Source: Tubiluchus corallicola
Lineage: Eukaryota > Animalia > Priapulida
DNA length: 64,000 bases
Reading direction: 5' to 3'
NCBI GenBank assembly: GCA_030141605.1
Contig: JAQGDQ010000086.1
Coordinates: 57,418 to 121,417, forward strand
The notes under the pieces are model-generated. The model had not been told where the DNA came from and made no database searches. It was given only the letters and a program-made list of their open reading frames with translations. The position numbers and the translations under genes were made by a program. This document shows, one piece after another, positions 37,752-50,558 of this stretch (the stretch's first letter is position 1; every line of letters starts with the position of its first letter).

Positions 37752-40399
37752 AAGAAGTTGTAGCCTGTCATTGTTCGGGCAAGCAAATAAAGGTACGAAC
37801 CTACACTTGATAATACAGTCTTGAACAAGTTTAAAGGAAATTGGTGACAATAGATTGACAATAGCTAGGAATGATTGCCCTTCTTGTAAGAAACGCCTTT
37901 GAAGAAGCGCTCATAGAGGCGTTATGCGACAGTAAAAAATAGTAATTTGTATGTAAATGTAGTGATACATGTATTGGATTAATTTATTTACTATGAAGAA
38001 TTCAGCATCTTAAAAGACTAGTCTAGATTTAATCCATGTACGCGCAACACTACTTATCTATAGATTGTTTCTGGAAAACAAAGACATTACGCTAATTATT
38101 AATTTCGTCAACACCGTGAAATGCGTAATGCTACGCACCTTTTCACACTTTTTTTAAATTGCACATAAAGTGCACAGAATCAAACTTGTCACATCCGCTG
38201 CGCAAGAATTTCATTTTATCCAAATCAAGTCTTTGTGTACGTGCTACGGATTTGCATGTTGTGTCCGTTGGCGATATGTGATTAGCGTATGAATAGTTGT
38301 AACGGTCGTTTGTCTATGGGCCTTAAGCGTATTTACAAATCACTCCAAAACACCTGCCGTCTATTGGGTACCTTTATCGGAACGTAATTCCGCCCCAGGG
38401 CGGCGCTAAAATAATGCATTGCTCTTCTGTACTGCAGTAGACTCTGGACATACTAAACTAAAAAGGGAAAAGTAGGGTAGGGGAACGTGAGGAAAAGGTT
38501 GTGATTTGTAAATTAATGTGTAATGTGTAATTTGTAAGCGCAGGCTATCAATGAAGTTTAATGAATAGTGAATAACAAAATTTAACGAATAATTCGTGTA
38601 TCAATTAATTAACGAATAGTCTAACAAAAGCGAAATGTTAGTAAGGCAACCACAACATTAGTAGATTGATGCTTTTAATAGTATATTCTTTCTTCAGTTG
38701 CGCTAAAACAGTAACACAGGTCACATTGCAGCCTTGTTTTACTAAAAGCTTTGTGTTTTATATACCCTGTTGGTCGCCATGCTTTTTAGGTCATATTAGA
38801 ATCAGCGAGATATATGTAAAACAACATCTTGTGAAACCAATTCTGGCGTTTTAGTTCCGAAACGGCGTGATTTTTGTATCACGATAATCACGATAATTGT
38901 CTCCCAAATCTCTCCTTATTTTTTCAATGTCAAACAACATAATTTCCTCTGTCATTCAGTACTGGAATGGCTGATTACGATAAAAATCATGGAACAAAAT
39001 GCAATTTCGCATTCCAGGCCTACATCTATATAAAATGATCATTCCGCGAACACAATGGCAACAAGCTGGGGAGGATTTCGACAGAGAAATTACTGTACTA
39101 CTAATAATAACAATAATTACCAAACCTGCAGCCGAAGGTCAGCGGACGAAATTTGCAACTATTAAAGGATGATAATCATGTTTTGAAATAATTACTGATA
39201 GTATAATTGCAGAAACTAGTGTCGCTTTTGATTTGTAATGGTGAAAAAAATAAAAGTTCCACTCGGCCAGAAGTAAATTAAAAAATGTGGATAAAGGGAA
39301 TGCGTGCAGACCTGTTAACCAAGATGATAACACTAAACCTATGCGGCTGGAGAGCGAACAGTCCTTAAAAAAGTAAACGCAATACGCAAATCCTAAGAAA
39401 TTTCATGTGTACAATACTGTAGATAGTGTAAAACAGTGAGTGCATGCATCAAGCTGTAAAGTCTGAATTCGCAAATAGAAATAAGCGGTTATAAAATAAG
39501 TACATTTATAAAATAACAAACGGATTAACAAATAAATGAATGAGTGAATGAACAAATAAAATGATTGAAATAAATAAATACATAAAACGGTATGCCTGTA
39601 TAAAAATAAGCGAGTGTGTGATATAAGCTTTGTTCTTATAAATATACAATATACACTGTATATCAGCCGATTAATCACCCTAAATATCTAAAATCTCACA
39701 GAAATTTCTTGAATTTGAATGTAAAGTCTACCATACCGTTTTTTCATTGGACCAAATACAGAACATGAAAATCTCTAGCCCACTGAGTGGCCTATAACTA
39801 TAATTATCGAGGCAGCTCGCGCGAAACATAATTATTGCGGCTCAAAACTGACAAAAGTAATGATCAACTTACAAATTTTTGTGTTATTGGCTCTTTGCGC
39901 GAATTCCTAAAATTTTCGTTCCACATGCAGGAATTTACCAACGCACAATTCACAGTTTTACTCACGTAAACCGTTGTTTAGTCCAGCGTATGTGCTTGAT
40001 ATTCTATCAAAAAAACCTTTGAACTATAATCGGCAATTTCAGTTGTGTAATTTAGCAGCAGCTGCTGCCGGAGTACGTACGACACCTGCTACTGAAGCAG
40101 CATCCGCAAAAGTTGACAGAAATAGTATCATCGCGACATCTACAGTGAGTAATCAGAAACAAGAATCATCTGAAACATTGTTTCATGGGTCCATTGTAAC
40201 GGGCTAAGAAACAGATCTTTGAGCACTTCCATCGATAGTATTGTCGCAACGTTTGCAAGCAATGATTTAGCTTATTAGTGTTTAGATGTTTTTATTACTA
40301 AAAATAGATATTTTTAGACATTTAGATTAGATAGTATTATTACCTAAATTAATTATTTGTTACCATAAATGATTTATCTGGTAACTTATTTGTTACCTA

Positions 40400-40662
40400 A
40401 GCACAATTCTCGTTGGCACAATCTTTGCAAGCAGCTGATGTAACCCCTACCTCTTTGCCGTACTGAGCGTTTAAAAATAGTTTTATATTATATGCACTTT
40501 TTAATTATCAAAGTTTATTACTACTATATAAATTAACCTTACCATAACTTGTCTTTATAATGTAATGTAGTTTAATTGTATTTTAAACTTCAGTGTATCG
40601 TAATTAATGTAATGTAATTTAACCTTCAGATTACGAGATTTTAATAAACTTATTTATAACTT
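40400..40662 (+). mobile_element. 3' end relic of a CR1/L2-group LINE
   Basis: tgccgtactgagcgtttaaaaatagttttatattatatgcactt reads CRTER/FKNSFILYAL with a 1-nt frameshift, the typical ORF2 C-terminal motif; followed by AT-rich 3'UTR, aataaa and ctta-type tail. Confidence 0.55.
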
Positions 40663-41901
40663 ATCATTGTTGTCTAGTCCATTACCAAGTTTATTCATCA
40701 GTTGACAGGGCTGAACCTCGCCCTTTTTCCTCTGCTGGTGATACATGTCACATATGTAATGTGCATCCATATAAGGTAATGCAAAATTGTGTTTTTCATA
40801 CTACGTTACTTTATTAAAATATCTAGAAATAAAAAGGTTGTATAATCATATTTTTATTTGACATCACATTTTATATACAAATTGTGAGAAACCTGTTTAC
40901 AAGTTAGTAACTAAAAATCTTGATGCATGACTGAATTCATGCTCCTCTTCAAAATATTGAAATTTCCTACAAATGCAAAAATCTTTTATGTATTTAAAGG
41001 CTCATTTTACTAACTACAAAATAATTTTTTCATAGAAAACACGTGCCCATTAATTATCAACAATTTGTCTTGCACATTAATCATTTAACGGTCAACTCAA
41101 ATCTTGACCATAGTAAAAGGGTTACTAAATTTCATGTGTAGGACATACACAAATAACTGATGATATGTAGAAATTTCCATGACAACACTATGCCAAGAAA
41201 CACATCTGACTGAATACTAAGAGTTCTATAAGTGAAGCTCACACATAACAGTAACATAATTTGTTATTGGATCTAGAATACAGATTTCAGACAGCCATCT
41301 TCAGCGATGATTATATTCACAAGAACAAACATTTCACTTTGAAATATCACAGCACTTATTGTGCCAACACATTTGAAATTAGTTTTATGCTACTATTTCT
41401 GTTGCAATCACCACTGCACGTTTCACTGTGTCGGCATTCATTCATGTTTCAAGTTCTATAATTTGCAGTTTCAGACGGCATCTAAATAAGCCAGCCAGAG
41501 AATGCTATATACATCTCCAATATGTAATGTTAATAGAAGAAAAGTTCCCAGATTTCACAAGTTTGTATTTTTTAGAAACAAATTTCCTGTATGTTTTAGA
41601 CACTTTAGAAATAAACACATATGATTATTAAAAGAAATTTGAGATGAGTCTGCATAAAACGTAAATCTCTTATCTAAACGTATATATTTTCTGATATAAA
41701 TCTGACCACTTTCAATGTTACTCCAAGAAGATCATATGCCACTGATTCTACAGGCGAATATAAACGAATGGCCACAATTTTTAGCCAGTTTCATCACAAT
41801 GATAAAATTATGTACACTCAGTGTTCATTCATCACAATAAAAATGGAGTACGACGTTTATAATATATACAGTACAATGGCTTAGTGGTAACTAAACCTCC
41901 G

Positions 41902-42402
41902 TTACTGAGAATCCTCAACTACCATACTCGTAGAATCCGCATCCAAGATGCAAGAATCGTCTTTCACTTTGGAAACGACAGGAGCATCGCCTATTACAGA
42001 ATCGCCCATCGCAGCATCACTTCCTAAACTGTCAGGAACTTGCGCATTATTAACCAGTGATTCGTCATTACTATCACTCTGTTTCAGTTCGTCAAACATT
42101 CCAGAAAATGTATTGGGTTGATTTTTCACCAGGGCTGGAGTCTGATCTGTCGTCATGGAAACCGGCGACTTTTCTGATTGTTCGCTGACCATATTTTCCC
42201 GTGGCGCATCACCAATGCCAGTGTCCACTTTGCACTTTTTGGAGGAATTCGGGATAAATAACTCGCAGTCGTCGCACGGTCGCTTGGTGCGACGCGAGGC
42301 CGCAACCATAAACTCTGGTTTGAACTTGACAATAATGCAAGTCATATTGTCGCATCCAGTTCCATCTCCTGTTGTGTCTGGGGCAATGCACATGTCAAAC
42401 AA
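41902..42402 (-). CDS. PPM1G: PPM1G coding exon 11 (terminal)
   Basis: tttcag|[27 protein letters not shown]...VEDSQ*. Confidence 0.95.
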   Translation of the reverse strand: MFDMCIAPDTTGDGTGCDNMTCIIVKFKPEFMVAASRRTKRPCDDCELFIPNSSKKCKVDTGIGDAPRENMVSEQSEKSPVSMTTDQTPALVKNQPNTFSGMFDELKQSDSNDESLVNNAQVPDSLGSDAAMGDSVIGDAPVVSKVKDDSCILDADSTSMVVEDSQ

Positions 42403-45400
42403 CTGAAACATAAAAAAAACATTTAATATGTACCTTAAATACCTGTGAAAAATTTGAATTTAACTCAAAGCCCTAGGAGTTGAGTAATAATCGAAAAACT
42501 GACCAATGTCCAGTGACCTAGACCATTTGACCCGAGATCCCTGGCCCCACACCAATGTTAGTTCCCCTCCGTCAGGTGTCTACCCTGCAAGTTTTGTGAC
42601 TCTAGCTGTTTTAGTTTTGAGGTTATTATGATTTCAAAATTGGAGAAATAATATTAATAATAAATGGATGATTTCTCAATTATATGCTGTTATGTTAAGC
42701 TGGTAGTAAAACTGATGCAAAAAAACTAAAGGCACTTTGTTATTCTTCCTACTCGTATATACCACATGCTAAACATCACTAAAGCTTAAATTTTACCATT
42801 GCAAATTCTGTCAGAATGCATTAGGTAAATCCCAGAAAAAAGTTGTACTGCATCATAAAGTTTAATGCCACTCAGCAAAGTTTAATGCTGCAGTAGCTAA
42901 AATGATAACTTTGCATTAGTGACCTAACTGTCAATCACATTCTTGCCTAGTTTAGCAGAACGACCCTCTCAAGCAAAATTATTAATTATTATTATTATTA
43001 TAAATTTATTATTAAACTGGTAAAAACTCTATATTCTAAACAAATCGAGAACTATGTTAATTTTTTTAACAATATCATCAATATATGACAACTAAAAAGA
43101 TCTTCACGAAGCCAAATAAGGACACGTTTACATAGTTTCAAACTATTATGCACTTTTACCAGATAGTGACAGATGTAGTTCAATAAATGCCAGACAGTTC
43201 ACACAGATAGGTGTGCATGTAAGAGAAAAAAATGACAGCAAACAGGTGTTTAACTGTGTGGAAGGCAAAAATATTTTTGAGTCAACAATAAAATAATAGC
43301 CTATCATTTACAGTATTATGAAAACACTGCTCAATGAACTGCCAGAAGTAACTGCACATACTGAAACTGTATGTTTTAACACTTACACTTTCACATACAG
43401 AAGATAACACTTCAGGATTGCTTTCAAATTTTTCCCTGACGTATGTTATACATTCTTTACTGCTCAGCGAGTTCCTATAAATGAAATAAAAACATAGTGC
43501 AATGAAGGTAAGTTTGTAAAAATTCTGTGGATTAACATTTTTGCAATTCACTTCTTTTGAAATCAATTTTTTGTTTTTAGCGAATAGCAGTGATCTAGTT
43601 TATCCAAAAGAGTACCCCTATGAAAGAGTAGTGCATACAAATGATCAATGGCATTTATGATCAATTTTCTACTCTACTTGAAAATGAGATCACTATCACC
43701 AACGTGTTAAATAATGCATAGGCCATATCTAGTAGTGCTGATCCAGATTTCTGATTCGTATCCGGAAATGGTGACATTCGCGAGATTTTGCAGGTTTTCA
43801 TGTCCGATGTTATCCAGTAGTTATGAAAATTTCATATTCGCAAATATCACCAAAAAACTTAGAGATCGTTTTAGCCCATGTCTGTGTTTCCAAGATGAAA
43901 ATTTTACACATGCCTTTTTTCGTTTGTGTGTGGTAATATGGTGTATCTTATGGTTAGGTCCTATAAGATGATAGATTAAATGAAAACGTTCTAAAGCTTG
44001 CAATTATTTACAAATTTTTCATTATCCGAACTGATCCGCATATTCAATCCAAATTTAGGTAACCTATTCATTTATAATCCGAATCCGGAAGTCAATTGGA
44101 GGAAATAAACAATGATATTCGGCATTCGCTATCCGGCAAAAAAGTGTATCCGGAGCAACACCTAATATCTAGCTTCAGTAAACAATGCTAAGCAAAGTTA
44201 GGCTAGAATCATTACAGTTCAAAGGACATAAAGGCTTTATATAGTCATATGAAAGAAGAATGCATAATCATTTTAGTAAAAAAGATCACAAAACTACAGA
44301 TTCCAAAATAGCATCATTCCAGATTCTAGATTCCATTATTTGAGAAAATAAAAATGCCAAGTGTCACTAAGGAATGATTATACTTCCTACATCTTACCAA
44401 ATTCCATCGCAAGCAATGACAATAAATTCATCATCATCCTCTATGGTAAGAGTGCGAATATCTGGCAGTGCAGTTATCATCTGATCTTTAGCTGATAACT
44501 TTCTGCTTCGTTTGTATGCATGATCACCTAAAATGATTGCAATCACAGACAACATCAGCACAATTCAAGACACTTTCAGTACAAAAGCAATCCGGCTTGC
44601 TAAAGTTAAGACTGTGCATGTTCGTAGAAAATATCAATTTATCTGTTTACGAAAGACAAGTATGTCCATAAACATATAGATATTCTAAAAGATTACATAA
44701 TAATATGTGCTTTCTTATTATTACAGTGAATGCAAAAAGCAAACAAACTAATTTCTCGGGCTTTGCTGGCTACTATCTATCAACAAGCACTGAACTACCT
44801 CAAAGCAATTTTTTAATAAATTTGCATGATCCCCAGAATGAGATGAGTAAACTGAAAATCGTTTACCAGTTCATCACACAATACGTTTTCAAGATAGATC
44901 AAGTGTTACAATAAATTGAACCCGTGAAATTTGTATCACGCATGAAAAAAGGAAGACAGATCTCTGTTTACTCTGGCAATCTTCAATCGCAGTGCACTTT
45001 TTTTGCCTTCACTACTATTCTGCAGTTGCAAGGAAAAGAAAAGAGAAGTGTTAGGTTCAGTTATAAAAGCTGTGAGGCTTACAAAGGCTGCAACCCGAGA
45101 CTGCTACGTACGTCCTCACTCCTTAGTGGCACTGACTGATGCTCACCTGAACCTTTCTACGGACACCAAACTATAATATGATACTAAAAACTAAACATTT
45201 TCACCGTTTAAAATGACTGATGCATTTAGTATTTCAATACTGGATTAAAGTCAAGTGTTTGCCATTTACCAAGCAAGTCTTGAATATAATAGTTATCTGT
45301 AAGGTACTTACCAATTGCTCTTGATAAATTCAAACCTCCATTGACTCTGCCTTCTGCTGTCACCCTGCCGCCAGCTTTTCTAATTCTAGTCTGAAAATAA

Positions 45401-48400
45401 TTCTTGAATCAACATTCCCTTCCATCAGCAATAGTATGAATTTGCACAGGACAATAAAATTGTGAGTTAAATAACACTTCTCAACATACAAAAAATCATT
45501 TTGTCAAAAAATGTATAAAATTTTAAAGCAGTATCACAAAACTGCTCAATTATCAAAAGGCAAGAAATTAATGTGTAAATTTAGCAAGTTTTGGGTTAAA
45601 GGGGAAATTGAAAGGAGAACAATATCCTGAATGAATTTAATTAACTAATGTAGTCTAAAGAAAAAATGAAGTCCCCAGAAAAGGACTTAGGTAAAGTAAA
45701 ACTTTATTCCCCATTAAGTACAGCTTTTTTTCTTGAAATCTGCAAAGGCATGTTGTAACGTTGGTGTCAACTCATAAATCATCACTTGAATTTCGTAGTA
45801 AATTTATGAGTTGACGCCAACTCATATATATATATATATATACATATGTATATATATATATATATATGTATATATAAATCCAGACTCTATTAAAATGAAA
45901 TGCTTAAAATATTACGAGGTCCAGAAGCAAGCGGAGAACTATCTGTACCAAAACGCATCTTAAATACTTCTGAAAAATACCTTTTCAGTTTCATCTTCTG
46001 GCTTATGATCTGAAGACATCTCGATTACGTCGCCATTTCGACAGACGACGCAACGGCTATCTCCTGCATTCGCCACGTACAGCTCCCGCCCCCGCAACAG
46101 CACGACGACAGCAGTACACCCGCTGTCATATCCAGGCTACAAAAAGAAAATAAATTTACAAAAAAATTAAGAGTTTGCGTTGTATTTATAAATTAAAAAA
46201 ACAGAAGATACTTTGTTTAGATTTCTTTTTTATAACTCGTTAGGTATATTGCCCTAGTTTCAATTCTTATCTCTTTTTTATATCAACACATTAGCATATA
46301 TTGTGACTTTTAGATGTCTCAAACAGACCTAGATATTTGAAAAGAAACTTGCAGTATTTTGAAAAACTTGAATTCGGCAGAATTATACTATTACTTTATA
46401 TACTCAGTTAGTTACCAAACCACTAAGTACTAGAGAAATTCATTATACCCAACATTCTTTACTCCTGTAACCAGATATTCGAAAAATCACTTATCCAAAC
46501 ATGCCCTAATCACTATTACTATAGTTTTGATTCGCTTGTTTCAGGTAATTGATTAAATAAACCTAATTAATGGCTGAACAGTGAAGCACAAGTGGGAAAA
46601 TTTTTCTAAAGACTGGAGTGTTTCCCATGAGTCTTGAACCCGCTTGTGAAAGCAAAAACTGAAATACAGCACTGTCAAAACAAAGCTCTATAAATTTTAA
46701 ATTCACAATTTCAAATTTTAAAATTATCACTTTGCAAGGGCACGACTCCATGAGATTGCCCTCAACTCTTTGACCACCTATTACACTAAAAATTTGAGAA
46801 ATTAACTTTTGTACTTCTACTAAGTACAAATAAAGCTACTCACCTCTTCTTTATCAGACACAAAGAAACCATTGTCCACTAATTCTCCATTCTCCTCTTC
46901 TTCGCATTCATCTTCCGCCTCTTCTTCACCAACATCTTCTTCAGAATCATCTTCTTCATCCCTATAACAATTTTAGTAAAATGTCTGTTAGCATGGACTT
47001 CATAGGCTAAACCAGGTGTAAACACAGATTAGTCATGATCACTTGTAATGTTCGTTAACTTTCAAAACATTCCGAGCGATATCATACAGATCACTAGTAT
47101 ATATATATATAAGAACATATATACATGCCACTTGCAGACCCAAATACACTACCAGTTCTCAATGCAGAATTAGAATTGAACATAATTTAAAGTTATGTTA
47201 CATCCTAAATCATTTCCAACAGGCCACACGTATTACATTAGGATACACAATAGTCAATAGTAATCATTATAATGATTACAATTAGCTACAACAGTTATTA
47301 CATTTCGTCATCTTCGTCATCATCCCCTTCATCATCATCATCATCATCGTCGTCATCTTCTTCTTCAAGGTTACCAACATATTCTTCATCCTCTCCTTCG
47401 TCCTCTGCTCCACCCTCTTCTTCAATGGCTTTGGTTAGCATTTCCCGGATGGTGTCAGCTGCTGTTTTGTCTTTTGGAGGGAAAGTATCAGCATTTGATG
47501 ATGACCCTTAAAAAGAGAATTGCATTTGCAGGAACTAGAGTGATTCTATTGTACAAAAGTGATGGCAAAAATTATCAATGTGACTACCACTAATTAAATG
47601 CTATAACAATAAGTTATACAACTGACTTGGAGTGAAAACTAATTTATTAAAAGAAATCAAAGCAAAATCAAAAGGGCAATGGCTGAGCATAAACACAAAC
47701 AGTTTTACTAAACAGTTCACTAAATGGAAAATGAAGTTCGGCAAACCGCAAAAACAAATGATAGCAACATTTTTGCAAGACAAACCTCTACAAATCAAGA
47801 TCAAGAAAAACATATTCCACGTCTGTGTTCTTATTTAAAGAAACTGCTTAACTGCATTTAATTGTTGTACCATGTAGTTATTGCTCAGTTACACATGTAT
47901 CTAACGCCAAATACATAAAACCAGCATTTACTCACCCATAATGAATTTATTTTACACCCGATGAAGATTATCATTTATTTTTAATTACCGTATATACTTA
48001 TGAACAAGTCGATGTGCATTTTAGGACCAAAAATTGCATCATTTTGTATATTACCTGTGTACAAGTCGACCCTAAAATATTAAGATCTTCCAGAGTAAAT
48101 GATGTGGTTCATCACCTTCCCATTTGAAGAAAAAAATAATTTACTAAAATTAATACCTCTGGGTAGTTGCGTTTTATATACACGTGTATGCTGGTAATCG
48201 ATATTTTGCCAATAAAACACGCATATACAAGCTCAGTGTAAAACTTCCCATGGAAGCCGACAGGCGGCAGCACCTGCACAACATTGGCGGTTTCCTTATT
48301 CTGATCGAGTGCTCCGTCGCTAGTTTATTTACTGGTAATATATAAATTTTAACTTAATTTCACATACGTTAAAATAAATGACTGTAATATTTGTTAATTT

Positions 48401-50525
48401 TGTGAAGTAATGTAAAGGTGTGAACATTCTCTGATGTGAAGTATCACAGTATGAAGGTTCATTCAGTCCAGTGTATAATGAAGAATTATTTCTTTAAATA
48501 TTCGTATTGTAGACGACTCTTTAGCGACATTTCGCAAAAACATATCTTAAGTATAAGTCGACCCCAAAAATTTCACCTTAAAATCACCGCCCAAAAATTC
48601 GACTTGTACGTAAGTATATACGGTACTTATATGAGGTTATGTGGAGTCACGTATTTTAAACTTGTCTGTCATTATTACTATGAGTAGAGACAAGCAATGC
48701 TTCGTGTAACACAAATTCAGACTAATTCAATTTAAAAAAAACAAATACTATATCAAAAAACCAAAAAGCCAAACAGATGACATGCTGTTGAATTACAGTA
48801 CACTGGGTTTACAAACTGTTGTGCTAGCTCAGAGAAAATCCATGAAATGCTGTTGCAAGATAGAATTTAATGACTTTTCTTATCAACTAATCTACTAGTA
48901 CTACTCATATAACAATTGTTTATGATTATATCTTATTACCTGACTCTTCAGCTTGAGTGATATCAGTCTCAATTGTGCCATCGGTGGATGAAGTACACTC
49001 GTCCGTTTTGTGAGAAGTGACAGCGTCACCGGATTCGCAAGGAATTGCCATATCTTGGGGAGATGAATTAGCATCGGCCTTTAGCATGTCAAGTTCACTA
49101 GGCTTAATTTTTTGTACTTCTACATCAGACTGATCGTTATTTTCGATGCTAGATGGATTCTCGTCTTTGTTTTCAGTACTAGGTGGCAGTGCCACTTCAC
49201 CGGGCTCATTTTTATTTTCCGCCACTTTTGTTTCTGCAACTTCTGTCTCTGTATTTTTACTGTTAACAACAGACTTTTTACCCTTTCCACCTTTCCCCTT
49301 TGATTGAAGAATTTCTGTTTCTATGTCCTGTTCATTCTCTATACAGTTATGATTAGTTCTAGTTTTCTTTCCACTAAGATTTGGAGATCTGAAAATGTTA
49401 GGTTTACGTAAGTGCATGCGTTTCTTGTCAGGAGCTTGATCTAACGCATGACCATATCGAGCCATCAGTTCTTCTATTGGCATGGTGGCTTCTTCATATA
49501 ACATGGCTGCGTCATTTTCATCTTCTAAAAAATAAAATGCGAAAAAATGGAACGAAACAATAGTAAAACATTGTACATTCTAAAATTGTTTTACAGACTA
49601 GCTATTTCACTAAACATGACAGTTACATTCATTTGTTTATATTATAACACCTAGACGTCTTCTGTCATCCTTACCTGAATCCATGGAAGCTTCCTCTACA
49701 CCTGCTAGAGCTTTTAAATCGCGTATGACGTCTGGCTTGATCAAGGTCGCGTCAAAGCCGAGAAAGGCATCCTCTAAAGCCTGTCCCAGATTACCCTGCT
49801 TAAATGCTTCAGTGTTTTTCAGAAACTCTGGGAAATACATAGCGCAGTACTGAGCAACTTCTGCGCCTGCAAGAAAATTTCTGGAAATTACAGAGATTTA
49901 ACAACAAGCTTTAGATAATTAATAACAAAACCAGAAGCTAAATACTAAAACAGTTATGATACGTGCACAGGCATGTGACAATTCAAGTGGCGCAGTGCAT
50001 CTCTCTGCTATTTTACAATTACATCATGATTCATACTCTTAGGCTACAGCTCAGCTGAAGATTATGTATTTAAGACAAACAGAATGTGCTTTTTGTGTGT
50101 CCCCTATTTGCTAGTAAAGTAAATGGTACTCGCCAACATTATAGTACTATACATAATAGTACTTTTTGATGCAAAGCCTAGGTTACTCACTTGAGATCGG
50201 TTTGCTGCGAAATTCATACCGTCAAAAGTATTTGAAAGTTCCTAACACTATATTGTGGCCCTTTTAGATATTTATACTTTTTTTCTCAGCTTGAGTCGAA
50301 ATATTGCATTATTTATATTCGCATGTATTATTAAGTAAGACTGTTTATATTGTTTGTCTACAGCAGATGTAATAATTGCAAAAGTACGTTATATATATAA
50401 TATTATTTAGTATGCTTCGCATACTTTGATAAACTTACATGTGTTTTGTACTAACGAAATTTCTCTTATAGAATAGAACTTCATATGGACTGTATTATTT
50501 ACAACAATTTTACGGTCAAAAAACA

Positions 50526-50558
<33 letters not shown>

